Shown piece by piece: positions 16,855 to 24,926 of a stretch of DNA of 47,634 nucleotides (position 1 is the first letter of the stretch; each line of letters begins with the position of its first letter). The DNA is from Eubacteriales bacterium (lineage in GTDB: Bacteria; Bacillota; Clostridia; Christensenellales; Aristaeellaceae). A program made the position numbers and the translations under genes. Location: positions 1 to 47,634 of the forward strand of contig JAVBUY010000188.1 in NCBI GenBank assembly GCA_031554855.1, given 5' to 3'. The notes beneath the pieces were generated by a model that saw nothing but the letters and a program-made list of their open reading frames with translations, was not told the origin of the DNA and made no database searches.

Positions 16855-16979
16855 CAGGCTGCCGAAAAAGACGCATCTGCGTTGTCGGCACTACGCTTGA
16901 CTCGTCAGCGTATGCAGTGGTACGCCTCCGTCGGACAAGCTTGCGGCCTCCTAGCATCTGAGCCTTTTTGGGCAGCCTG
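16855..16979 (+). repeat. Family-1 intergenic repeat, copy B (125 bp)
   Basis: CAGGCTGCCGAAAAAGACGCATCTGCGTTGTCG...GTCAGCGTAtgcagtggTACGCCTCCGTCGGACAAGCTTGCGGCCTCCTAGCATCTGAGCCTTTTTGGGCAGCCTG, in the same orientation as copy A. Confidence 0.75.
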
Positions 16980-17005
16980 TAGACCGTTTCGCATACCCCC
17001 TGCCT

Positions 17006-17033
17006 GTGCAAGCGGTGAAAAATATGGTATAAT
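17006..17033 (+). promoter_or_regulatory. Candidate promoter of the DUF155 pair
   Basis: GTGCAA (17006-17011), a 16-nt spacer, then TGgTATAAT (extended -10, hexamer 17028-17033), 43 nt upstream of ATG 17076. Confidence 0.5.
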
Positions 17034-17075
17034 CAAAAGCTGGGAATCAAAGCCAATGCCGAAAGGGGAATCCGG

Positions 17076-17906
17076 ATGGCGACTGTGAAACTGCGGGCTT
17101 ACGACGTCGCGCAGGAGATCGACCTCAATGCGCTGGCCAGTGCGTTTGACATCAAAAAAAAGTTCACCTGGGAAGAGCCGCTGTCCATCTCTGGCGCGCG
17201 GCTGTCCGACATGATCGGCGCGGCGGCCGGCGAGGATGCGCGGCGTGCGATGCTGTTCTCCTTTGGCGCGATGGTGCTGATGAACATGACGCGCGAGGAG
17301 AGCCAGGCTTTTGTGAACGCCATGCGCCAGTACCCCGAGGCCAAGGCGTGGAAGTACCCCTCGCCGTACTTCGAGAAGTTCCAGATCGCCGAGCAGGGCG
17401 AAGCGGAAGACATCGAGTTTACCGACGCGCAGGTGTGCGTGCCGGAGATCGCGCCGTATTTCCCCGAGCTGGCCGCCACCGTGTTGGCCAAATCGGTGGC
17501 GATGGAGCGTGTCGAGCAGCATATCGACAGCATCCTCGACCGCGTCGAGCCGATCGTCGAGCAGCTCGAGCGCGGCAAGCTGTCCATCAGCAACAAGCAG
17601 CGCTCCACCATCGTGGCGGAGATCGCGCGCTATCAGTATTCGACGCTCAGCTACATCATGATTTTGGACAAGCCGGACATCACCTGGGCGCGCACTGACG
17701 CGGAGGCATTCTATAACGAGATGAGCGAGTTCTTTGAGCTGGCCGACCGCTATCAAGTGCTCAAGGCCAAGGGCGATGCGGTGGAGAAGATCACCGACTC
17801 GATCTCCTCGATGAACGACCACAGCCGCTCGCTGTTCGTCGAGTGGTTGATTCTTGGCTTGATCCTGCTCGAAGTCGTGCTGATGGTGCTGGATTTGTTA
17901 AAATAA
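17076..17906 (+). CDS. DUF155 (RMD1/Sif2/YagE family) membrane-anchored protein
   Basis: AMLFSFGAMVLMNM...VLAKSVAMERVEQHID...ILDKPDITWARTDAEAFY...LFVEWLILGLILLEVVLMVLDLL reproduces the DUF155 layout, including the C-terminal TM helix. Confidence 0.75.
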   Translation: MATVKLRAYDVAQEIDLNALASAFDIKKKFTWEEPLSISGARLSDMIGAAAGEDARRAMLFSFGAMVLMNMTREESQAFVNAMRQYPEAKAWKYPSPYFEKFQIAEQGEAEDIEFTDAQVCVPEIAPYFPELAATVLAKSVAMERVEQHIDSILDRVEPIVEQLERGKLSISNKQRSTIVAEIARYQYSTLSYIMILDKPDITWARTDAEAFYNEMSEFFELADRYQVLKAKGDAVEKITDSISSMNDHSRSLFVEWLILGLILLEVVLMVLDLLK

Positions 17907-17920
17907 CGGGAGGGGAGCGC

Positions 17921-18733
17921 ATGCCCGAGATTTTGCTGGACTGCTGTCGCGTGGCCGATGCGCTGCCCATCGCTTCGCTGGCGCAGGACTGGGGACTGAA
18001 GCCGCCGCGCGCGCACCGCGAGGCGCTGGCGCTGGATCGCGAGGCGCTCGGCTGGATTTTGCGCGAACAGGATCCAGGCGACGGCCAGGCCTTCGTCTAC
18101 GAAAACGGCTGCGTGGTTGCCGCGGGCATGGATCGCGCGCGCACGCAGGAATTGCTGCTGCACATCGCCGACCTGGCGCGGGGCAGCGATTACGAGCGCA
18201 TGATGACAGAGCGCGAGATCCGTACGGTGCCACATGCGGCGTTGGCCGCGCAAGCGCGCGCGCTGTCGAGCAGCGTGGTGCTCGACGCACTGGAGAAGGA
18301 CGCGAACCGCCTGATGGACAGCGCGGAACGCAGCCTGACCAGCCGCCGCCTATGGGGTGCGCGGCATCGCCAGCGCCAAAAGCACCTGGCCGCGCTGGTG
18401 GCGTTTCGCTATGAATGCGTGCACGGGCAGGGCATCCTGGATCGGCCGGACACGCGCTGGGACATGCGACAGCAGCGGGCGTATCGCGCGCTGGCGGCAG
18501 AGCTGCGCCTGCATGAGCGCACCGAGCTGCTCTCGCACAAACTCGACGAGCTGGAAGGATTGCTCGGCCGCGCGCACGGCGAGGGCAGCACGCGCCAGGC
18601 CAGCCGCCAGCTGTGGCTGGAAGTCTGGATGCTGGTGCTCTTTCCCATTGGCCACGCCATCGAGATTCTCTTTCGCGGCAGCCAAATTCAGGCGTGGATG
18701 CAACAGATGCTTCGTCTGCTGCGTCTATCCTGA
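17921..18733 (+). CDS. Second, divergent DUF155 (RMD1/YagE family) paralog
   Basis: Start MPEILLD follows GGGAGGGGAG. It has the same layout (ILDRPDTRWDMRQQRAY...LWLEVWMLVLFPIGHAIEILF) and starts 14 nt after the first paralog. Confidence 0.7.
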   Translation: MPEILLDCCRVADALPIASLAQDWGLKPPRAHREALALDREALGWILREQDPGDGQAFVYENGCVVAAGMDRARTQELLLHIADLARGSDYERMMTEREIRTVPHAALAAQARALSSSVVLDALEKDANRLMDSAERSLTSRRLWGARHRQRQKHLAALVAFRYECVHGQGILDRPDTRWDMRQQRAYRALAAELRLHERTELLSHKLDELEGLLGRAHGEGSTRQASRQLWLEVWMLVLFPIGHAIEILFRGSQIQAWMQQMLRLLRLS

Positions 18734-18801
18734 TAGTGGCGATACACACCGGCGCAATTGTGAACGCAATGCGGCAATGACAAGGCATTTTCGCGCATTC
18801 G

Positions 18802-18830
18802 TTGCGTTTAGGCGCAACAGTTGATATAAT
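18802..18830 (+). promoter_or_regulatory. Candidate promoter of the PPIase gene
   Basis: TTGCGT (18802-18807), a 17-nt spacer, then TATAAT (18825-18830). The -35 is part of a small hairpin GTTGCGtttaggCGCAAC. Confidence 0.5.
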
Positions 18831-18880
18831 TCGGCGTATGCGCACGATATCATGAATGAACATAAATGGAGGAATCTTGC

Positions 18881-20926
18881 GTGACAAATCGTAACTGGAA
18901 GAAGATCCTGGTGCCGGTGGTGGCTTTCGTTCTGGCGGCGGCTCTGGTGGCCGTGCTGGCGCTGGTCAATGGTGGACTCAATCAGCCCACGGCGCAGGCC
19001 GAACCGGCGGAATCCGCTGCCCCTGTGGAAACAGACGCTTCCTCGATCGACCCGAATGCCGTGGTCGCGCGCGTCCATGGTCAAGACATCTTGGCCAAGG
19101 ACATGATCGAAGAAGTAGAAACCAACAAGCTCGGCTATGCGATGTACATGTCCAGCTATGGACAGAGCGTCGATCCCACCGACGAGCAGTTCCAGCGCTA
19201 TGTGGTGGAGGGCGTGCTCAATCAGCGCGCCGAACGCATCGTGCTCAACGCCAAGGCGGAGGAACTGGGCATGAAGGAAACGCCGGCCGAGGAGCTGGCG
19301 GCCATCCAGCAGAATGTGGACCAGACCTATCAGAGCGCGTATGACGCGTGCATGACTGACATGAAGGCGCAGAGCCCAGACGCCACCGAGGAACAACTCG
19401 TGGCGCTGACAGAGGCGGAGCTACAGAAATATGGCTATACGAAGGACGCGCTGCTGGAAAACGATACGTTTGCGTCGATGAACAAGCGCCTGGAGGCCGA
19501 GGTCACCAAGGATGTGGCCGTGACCGAAGAGGAAGCGCGCACGACATATGCCAATATGGTCGCGCAGGCCAAGACACAGTATCTGGCCGACAAAGATGCG
19601 TATATCTCCGATCTGCTCAATGGCGCGGAGATCGCGTATCATCCGGCGGGCTATCGCAATGTGCGGCATATCCTGCTGATGGCCGCGACCGAGGAAGAGA
19701 TGCCCCAGATGGTGGAAAAGGGCAATCAGATCCTGGCGGAGATCCAGGCGGGCAAGGATTTCGAGGCCGCGGTGACCGAGTACGGCCAGGATCCGGGCAT
19801 GAGCGATCCGTTGCTGAAGGATGGTTACCCGGTGTGCGAGGGCTCGAAGTCCTATGACGAGCAGTTCACCACCGCCGCGATGGCCATCGCCAATGTCGGC
19901 GATCTGTCCGGTGTGGTGCAGTCGGGTTTTGGCGTGCACATCATCAAGTATGTCAGTGATGTCGCCGAGGGCGAAGTGCCCTTCGAGCAGAGCAAGGACG
20001 ACTTCATGGCGCACCAGCTCGAGCAGAAGAAAACCGCCGCCTACGACACCGCCAAAGAGGAGTGGCTGAAGGCCGCCAACATCGAGCTGATGCCTGACGT
20101 GATGATCATCAAGCAGCCCGATCCCGAGCCGCTGGCGATGAATACGCGCTTTGCGCAGGTCGCGGCGGATCAGACGTCGCTGCGCGACAAGCCCAACGGC
20201 GCGCCCCTGGCCGACCTGAAAAAGGGCGTGCCCATGACCATCGAGGGCGAAGTGACGGTTAACAACCAGTTGTGGGCATTCGTGACGCTGGGCACCGAGC
20301 CCTCGACCTACGGCTATGTGCTGATGGGCGACGTGCAGATTACTGAGCAGGACGGCGCGCTGCAGGCCGACGCGGTGGTCAAGCAGACCATCGATGCCAC
20401 CGGCAGAAAGCCGGTGTTCACCATCGTGATGAACGACGGCACGCTGCTGTACGGCGAGCTGTATCCGGAGACTGCGCCGATCTCGGTGGGCAATTTCATC
20501 TCGCTGGCCAACAGCAAGTTCTATAACGGCACGATCTTCCACCGCGTGATCCCGGGCTTCATGATCCAGGGCGGCGATCCGGACGGCACCGGCACCGGCG
20601 GCCCGGGCTATGGGATCAAGGGTGAGTTCTCGGCCAATGGCGTGGACAACGCGGTCAAGCATACGCGCGGCGTGCTGTCGATGGCGCGCAGCGCACAGAA
20701 CGACAGCGCGGGTTCGCAGTTCTTCGTCTGCGTGGCCGATGCGGCGAACCTGGACACGCAGTATGCGGCATTCGGCATGGTCGAAGGCGGCATGGAGACC
20801 GCCGACGCGATCGTGTCCACCTCGACCGATAGCAACAACAAGCCCAACCGCGTCATCCAGCAAATGAAGTTGGTGTACGTCGAGACCTACGGCGTGGACT
20901 ATCCGTTCGAGAAAATCACGCAATAA
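18881..20926 (+). CDS. Membrane-anchored dual peptidyl-prolyl isomerase: SurA/PrsA-like parvulin + SH3-like insert + C-terminal cyclophilin
   Basis: N-terminal TM WKKILVPVVAFVLAAALVAVLALV. Parvulin region YRNVRHILL...GFGVHIIKYV (about 19651-19953). Cyclophilin region GELYPETAPISVGNFISLANSKFYNGTIFHRVIPGFMIQGGDP...SMARSAQNDSAGSQFF (about 20405-20926). GTG 18881 is 8 nt after GGAGG, and the track's ATG 18866 lies inside that SD. Confidence 0.85.
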   Translation: MTNRNWKKILVPVVAFVLAAALVAVLALVNGGLNQPTAQAEPAESAAPVETDASSIDPNAVVARVHGQDILAKDMIEEVETNKLGYAMYMSSYGQSVDPTDEQFQRYVVEGVLNQRAERIVLNAKAEELGMKETPAEELAAIQQNVDQTYQSAYDACMTDMKAQSPDATEEQLVALTEAELQKYGYTKDALLENDTFASMNKRLEAEVTKDVAVTEEEARTTYANMVAQAKTQYLADKDAYISDLLNGAEIAYHPAGYRNVRHILLMAATEEEMPQMVEKGNQILAEIQAGKDFEAAVTEYGQDPGMSDPLLKDGYPVCEGSKSYDEQFTTAAMAIANVGDLSGVVQSGFGVHIIKYVSDVAEGEVPFEQSKDDFMAHQLEQKKTAAYDTAKEEWLKAANIELMPDVMIIKQPDPEPLAMNTRFAQVAADQTSLRDKPNGAPLADLKKGVPMTIEGEVTVNNQLWAFVTLGTEPSTYGYVLMGDVQITEQDGALQADAVVKQTIDATGRKPVFTIVMNDGTLLYGELYPETAPISVGNFISLANSKFYNGTIFHRVIPGFMIQGGDPDGTGTGGPGYGIKGEFSANGVDNAVKHTRGVLSMARSAQNDSAGSQFFVCVADAANLDTQYAAFGMVEGGMETADAIVSTSTDSNNKPNRVIQQMKLVYVETYGVDYPFEKITQ

Positions 20927-20941
20927 CGGCGCGAAAATCAA

Positions 20942-20973
20942 GGCTTCCGAACATGTTTCGGAAGTCTTTTTTT
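20942..20973 (+). terminator. Rho-independent terminator after the PPIase gene
   Basis: GGCTTCCGAA-catgt-TTCGGAAGTC followed by T7. Confidence 0.75.
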
Positions 20974-21045
20974 ATCCTTTTTGCAGGGATGCACGCGGAA
21001 AAAGCGAATATATATGATAACGAGAAAAGTCGGGAGGCGTTAGCT

Positions 21046-23121
21046 TTGTCCGAGCGTTTTACGTTTTTTGAAAATGGTCTGTACGTAGTACTTCAGGTCG
21101 CGGGGGATGGCGACGTGCGCCTGCTGCATGCAGGCACGCGGGCATTTGACATCGAGGAGATTCCCAAGCCGGATCGCAAAGCGTTTCGGCTGGTGGAGCT
21201 GCAATGCGCTGGATTCGACGCCAACAGCCACCATGGCGACAAGCACACCGGCACGCAACCGGGCGCGCTGCTGCGCTATGTGTCGCACCAGGACGTGCGC
21301 ACGCCGCAGGGCCGCAAGCTGATGATCACCCAAGCGTTCGAGGATCTGGTGGTGACGAGCTATCTGCAAATGTATGACGGCATCCGCGCAATGCGCAGTT
21401 GGACCGTGGTGCGCAACAATGGGCCCAAGCCGTATGTGCTGGAACATGTGTCGTCCTTCGCGCTGACCGGCATCGACCAACCCGGTGTGCCATGGCAGGA
21501 CAATGTGCTGGCCATTCCGGCCAACAGTTGGTGCGCCGAGGCGCAATGGCGCAAGCGCAGTCTGGCCGAGTGGGGGATGGAGTCGGTGGTGCGCACGCCG
21601 ATTCAGCGCGTGCGGCGCCTATCGACCGGCGCGTGGACCAGCAAGGAGTTTCTGCCGATGGGCTGCCTGGAGACGACGACCGGCGCAGTCTGTTGGCAGA
21701 TCGAGCACAATGGCTCGTGGCAATGGGAAATGAGCGGCAATGAGGGGCGTCTGACACTGGAGTTGTCCGGGCCATCCTGGCAGGAGAATCATTGGCGCAA
21801 TGTGCTGGAGCCGGGCGAGAGCTTTACCTCTGTGCCCGCTGCCGTCGCCTTTGGCGCGGGCTTTGACGACGCGATCGGCGAAATGACGCGCTACCGCCGC
21901 GTGATCTGCCGCCCATGTGAAGATCACAACAAGCTGCCGGTGCTGTATTCCGATCGGCATGTCAGCGCCGATGACCTGACAACCGACAAGGAACTGGCGC
22001 GCATCCAGGCAGCGGCCAAGCTGGGCTGCGAAACCTATTGCATCGACGCGGGCTGGTTCGCTGCTGGCGTGTGGTGGGAGGGCGTCGGGGAGTGGATGCC
22101 GTCGGCGGCACGCTTCCCGAATGGTCTGGGCGAGGTAGTGGCGGCGATCCGCGCGCACGGCATGACGCCCGGTCTGTGGCTGGAGCCCGAGGTAATGGGT
22201 GTGCATGCGTCGCTGGCGGCGCACCTGCCGGTAGACTGGTGCTTTACCATCGCGGGCAAGCCGGTGATCGATCATGGGCGCTATCAGCTGGACTTCCGCA
22301 ATCCGGATGTGGTGCAGCATGCCGACGCGGCGATCGACCGCCTGGTGACCCAGGAGGGCATTGGATACTTTAAGCTGGATTACAACATCGAGCCGGGTGT
22401 GGGCACAGAGCATAATGCATCGGCCTCCGGCGAAGGACTGCTGGAGCACAACCGCGCGTACCTGGCGTGGCTGGATCGGCTGTTGGCGCGCTATCCGTGG
22501 CTGACCATCGAAAACGCGGCCAGCGGCGGCCTGCGCATGGAGTATGCACTGCTGACACGCCACGCAGTGCAGTCGGTGTCGGAGCAGACCAGCGCAAAGG
22601 AGTTGGCAGCCATCGCGGCGGCCTGCCCTTCGGCGGTGACGCCGGAGCAGGCGGGCGTATGCTGCGCGCCACAGGCGGACGAGGACAAAGAGGCGGTTGC
22701 GCTGCGCATGGTGAATGCGCTGCTGCTGCGGCCACAGATCAGTGGCGAGATCAGCGCCTGGACGCCGACGCAGAGAAGTGCCATCGAAGAAGGCATCGCC
22801 GCGCACAAGGCACTGCGCGAGCACATCAAGACCGGCGTACCGATGTGGCCGCTGGGTCTGCCGCGCATGGACGCGGCACAGCTGTGCCTGGCGCTCAAGT
22901 GCGAGGGGCGCATCTTTGTGGCGACGTGGCGGCTGACCGACGAGGGTGCCAAACAGATCGCCGTGCCGCTGGCGGAGATCAAAGAAAAAGCGGCGACTGT
23001 ACGCATGGTGTATCCGAGCTTTGCCAAGGGTGAGCCGTCCTGGGACGCGGAAAAGGGCGTGCTGACCGTATCGCATGAGAAGGCAGGCACCGCAAGGGTG
23101 GTAGAGGTCGTGGTGGGGTAA
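21046..23121 (+). CDS. Alpha-galactosidase, GH36 family
   Basis: GH36-like motifs YFKLDYN (nucleophile region) and ENAASGGLRMEY, with a typical length of about 690 aa. TTG 21046 is 8 nt after GGGAGG. The upstream part of the track ORF overlaps the preceding terminator. Confidence 0.7.
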   Translation: MSERFTFFENGLYVVLQVAGDGDVRLLHAGTRAFDIEEIPKPDRKAFRLVELQCAGFDANSHHGDKHTGTQPGALLRYVSHQDVRTPQGRKLMITQAFEDLVVTSYLQMYDGIRAMRSWTVVRNNGPKPYVLEHVSSFALTGIDQPGVPWQDNVLAIPANSWCAEAQWRKRSLAEWGMESVVRTPIQRVRRLSTGAWTSKEFLPMGCLETTTGAVCWQIEHNGSWQWEMSGNEGRLTLELSGPSWQENHWRNVLEPGESFTSVPAAVAFGAGFDDAIGEMTRYRRVICRPCEDHNKLPVLYSDRHVSADDLTTDKELARIQAAAKLGCETYCIDAGWFAAGVWWEGVGEWMPSAARFPNGLGEVVAAIRAHGMTPGLWLEPEVMGVHASLAAHLPVDWCFTIAGKPVIDHGRYQLDFRNPDVVQHADAAIDRLVTQEGIGYFKLDYNIEPGVGTEHNASASGEGLLEHNRAYLAWLDRLLARYPWLTIENAASGGLRMEYALLTRHAVQSVSEQTSAKELAAIAAACPSAVTPEQAGVCCAPQADEDKEAVALRMVNALLLRPQISGEISAWTPTQRSAIEEGIAAHKALREHIKTGVPMWPLGLPRMDAAQLCLALKCEGRIFVATWRLTDEGAKQIAVPLAEIKEKAATVRMVYPSFAKGEPSWDAEKGVLTVSHEKAGTARVVEVVVG

Positions 23122-23158
23122 ACGTTAGGTATAAGGGAAAGACCCGACCGATCGGGTC

Positions 23159-23244
23159 AGACCATTTACAATTCTGCGCATGTCGGTGCGAACGAAGTGA
23201 AGAATCTTGATAGAGCAGATTCTTCGTCATGCCGATACTTTGTT
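23159..23244 (+). repeat. 86-bp insert between two copies of the GACCCGA..TCGGGTC hairpin; contains a family-2-like palindromic unit
   Basis: The flanking hairpins are 23141-23158 (AAA on the left) and 23245-23262 (T6 on the right). Internally, GAAGAATCT-tgatagagc-AGATTCTTC (23199-23225) is extended by TCGG/CCGA pairing, and the ...CGTCATGCCGA motif is present. Confidence 0.6.
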
Positions 23245-23345
23245 GACCCGAGAGATCGGGTCTTTTTTGTTTAGTTTTCCTCGTACAGAGGGGGCAATTA
23301 TCCATACAATTATTCGCGAAAGGATACTTTTACGAATAGTATTGG

Positions 23346-23382
23346 AAAACCTGTGGGAAATATCATATTTCCCACAGGTTTT
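23346..23382. terminator. Perfect 37-nt palindrome, bidirectional terminator (xth side)
   Basis: AAAACCTGTGGGAAATAT-C-ATATTTCCCACAGGTTTT: 18-bp arms with built-in A4/T4 tracts. Confidence 0.7.
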
Positions 23383-23415
23383 CGGCTACTTGGCGTCCCG
23401 CTGTCATCTGTCAGC

Positions 23416-24168
23416 CTATGCCAACGTCAACGTAACCGGGCAATGATCCGACCCCATGACGTCCGGTCGGATGTCGGCGTCTACCACGCGCGCCATCAGC
23501 CGCTCGCTGACGATAAAGTAATCCAGCCGCCACCCGACATTTCGCGCGCGCGCGCCGCCGAAGTAGCTCCACCAGGTGTAGGCATCGCGCTTGTCCGGAT
23601 GCAGGCGGCGATAGCTGTCGGCAAAGCCAGCGTCCAGCAGCGCGGTCATCTGCTCACGCTCCTGAGGGGTAAATCCGGCGTGCATGCGGTTGCTGCGCGC
23701 GTTTTTGATGTCCATTTCGGTGTGCGCGACGTTCAGGTCACCGCACAGCGCAACCGGTTTCTGCTTGTCCAGCTCGCACAAATATGCGCGAAAATCGTGC
23801 TCCCATCGCATGCGATACGGCAGACGCGCCAGTTCATCCTGCGAATTGGGCACATACGCGGTCACCAAAAAGAAATCACCCATGTCAGCGGTGATGACGC
23901 GGCCTTCGTTATCGTGCTCCTCGATACCGATGCCGTAGTTTACAGACCGAGGTTCTGTTTTTGTCAGCAGTGCGGTGCCGGAGTAGCCCTTCTTTTGCGC
24001 GTAGTGATAATACTGATGATATCCCGGCAAATCCAGTGTCAGTATCCCTTCGCTGAGCTTGATTTCTTGCAGACAGTACGCGTCCGCATTCTCCGCCTGC
24101 ACATACGCCAGAAACCCCTTGCTCAGGCATGAACGCAAACCGTTGACATTCCAGGATTCCAGCTTCAT
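23416..24168 (-). CDS. xth: Exodeoxyribonuclease III (AP endonuclease, Xth family)
   Basis: MKLESWNVNGLRS...CLQE...NEGR...GDLNVAH...WSY...RLDY...GSDHCPV are canonical ExoIII motifs. ATG 24168 follows GAGGGGA. Confidence 0.92.
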   Translation of the reverse strand: MKLESWNVNGLRSCLSKGFLAYVQAENADAYCLQEIKLSEGILTLDLPGYHQYYHYAQKKGYSGTALLTKTEPRSVNYGIGIEEHDNEGRVITADMGDFFLVTAYVPNSQDELARLPYRMRWEHDFRAYLCELDKQKPVALCGDLNVAHTEMDIKNARSNRMHAGFTPQEREQMTALLDAGFADSYRRLHPDKRDAYTWWSYFGGARARNVGWRLDYFIVSERLMARVVDADIRPDVMGSDHCPVTLTLA

Positions 24169-24182
24169 GCGGATGTCCCCTC

Positions 24183-24848
24183 TCATGCGTGTCTTTGGTC
24201 GAAAAACGCCAACATATCATCGATGTCCAACGCGTACAGGCCGGGCACATGGTACGCAGCCTCGGGCAATTTTTCCGGCGAGCCGACGCCCACCGATCGC
24301 ATGCCTGCCGCATGCGCCGCTGCGATACCGGCTACCGCGTCCTCAAACACCACACATTCCCTCGGCGCAACGCCCAGCGCCGCCGCGCCGAGCAGGAATA
24401 CCTGTGGGTCAGGCTTGGCACGCGATGCGTGGTTGCCATCGATCACCGCGTCGAGCAGCGACGCGATGCCCAATTTTTCAAGGATGAGCGGAGAATTCTT
24501 GCTGGCAGAGCCCAACGCGGTTTGGATGCCACGTTGGCGTAAGCTTAACAACGTTTCGCGCGCACCGGGCAGCACATCCTGCGTAGTCAGTTGCTCGAGC
24601 ATATGCACATACCAGGCGTTTTTCTTGGCTGCCAACGCCTCTTGCTCATCGACGGGCAAGCCGGATAGTTGACCAACTTCCAACAGGATTTCCAGCGAAC
24701 GCATACGGCTGACGCCCTTTAGGCGCTCGTTATCCTGTTCGGTAAAGTCAAAGCCTAACTCGTCGGCCAGGCGTTTCCATGCGAGAAAATGGTATGTAGC
24801 GGTATCCACCAGCACGCCGTCCAGGTCGAAAAGTGCCGCTCGGATCAT
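24183..24848 (-). CDS. pgmB: Beta-phosphoglucomutase (HAD superfamily)
   Basis: MIRAALFDLDGVLVDTATYHFLAWKRLADELG...LKGVSRMRSLE...ASKN...VFEDAVAGIAAAHAAGM is a typical beta-PGM sequence. Confidence 0.85.
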   Translation of the reverse strand: MIRAALFDLDGVLVDTATYHFLAWKRLADELGFDFTEQDNERLKGVSRMRSLEILLEVGQLSGLPVDEQEALAAKKNAWYVHMLEQLTTQDVLPGARETLLSLRQRGIQTALGSASKNSPLILEKLGIASLLDAVIDGNHASRAKPDPQVFLLGAAALGVAPRECVVFEDAVAGIAAAHAAGMRSVGVGSPEKLPEAAYHVPGLYALDIDDMLAFFDQRHA

Positions 24849-24926
24849 GAAAACCGACTCCTTCGCAAAACAGACTTATGGTCTAAACAGACTGACCCTA
24901 CCGTCTCAGATGAGGCGTACATTGCC

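Noticed and set aside
16792-17075. Expected SAM (S-box) riboswitch upstream of the yitJ-like gene
   Set aside because: By eye I could find none of the conserved S-box core strings on the minus strand. The region is occupied by repeat copy B and promoter-like elements. A covariance-model scan is still needed.
18866-18880. ATG 18866 as the start of the PPIase gene
   Set aside because: That ATG is embedded in the Shine-Dalgarno sequence itself (AAATGGAGGAA). GTG 18881 has the proper 8-nt spacing.
19421-20941. 506-aa minus-strand ORF
   Set aside because: It is a shadow ORF opposite the PPIase gene. The same reasoning applies to 21619..23076, 11623..12810, 16905..17822, 29994..31208, 32600..33556, 34108..35040, 36978..37976, 38786..39646, 42793..43674 and similar entries.
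22979-23305. 108-aa minus-strand ORF starting MDNCPLCTRK across the GH36-xth spacer
   Set aside because: It has no SD, runs through both GACCCGA hairpins and the palindromic insert, and then overlaps the GH36 3' end. It is an artefact of repeat DNA.
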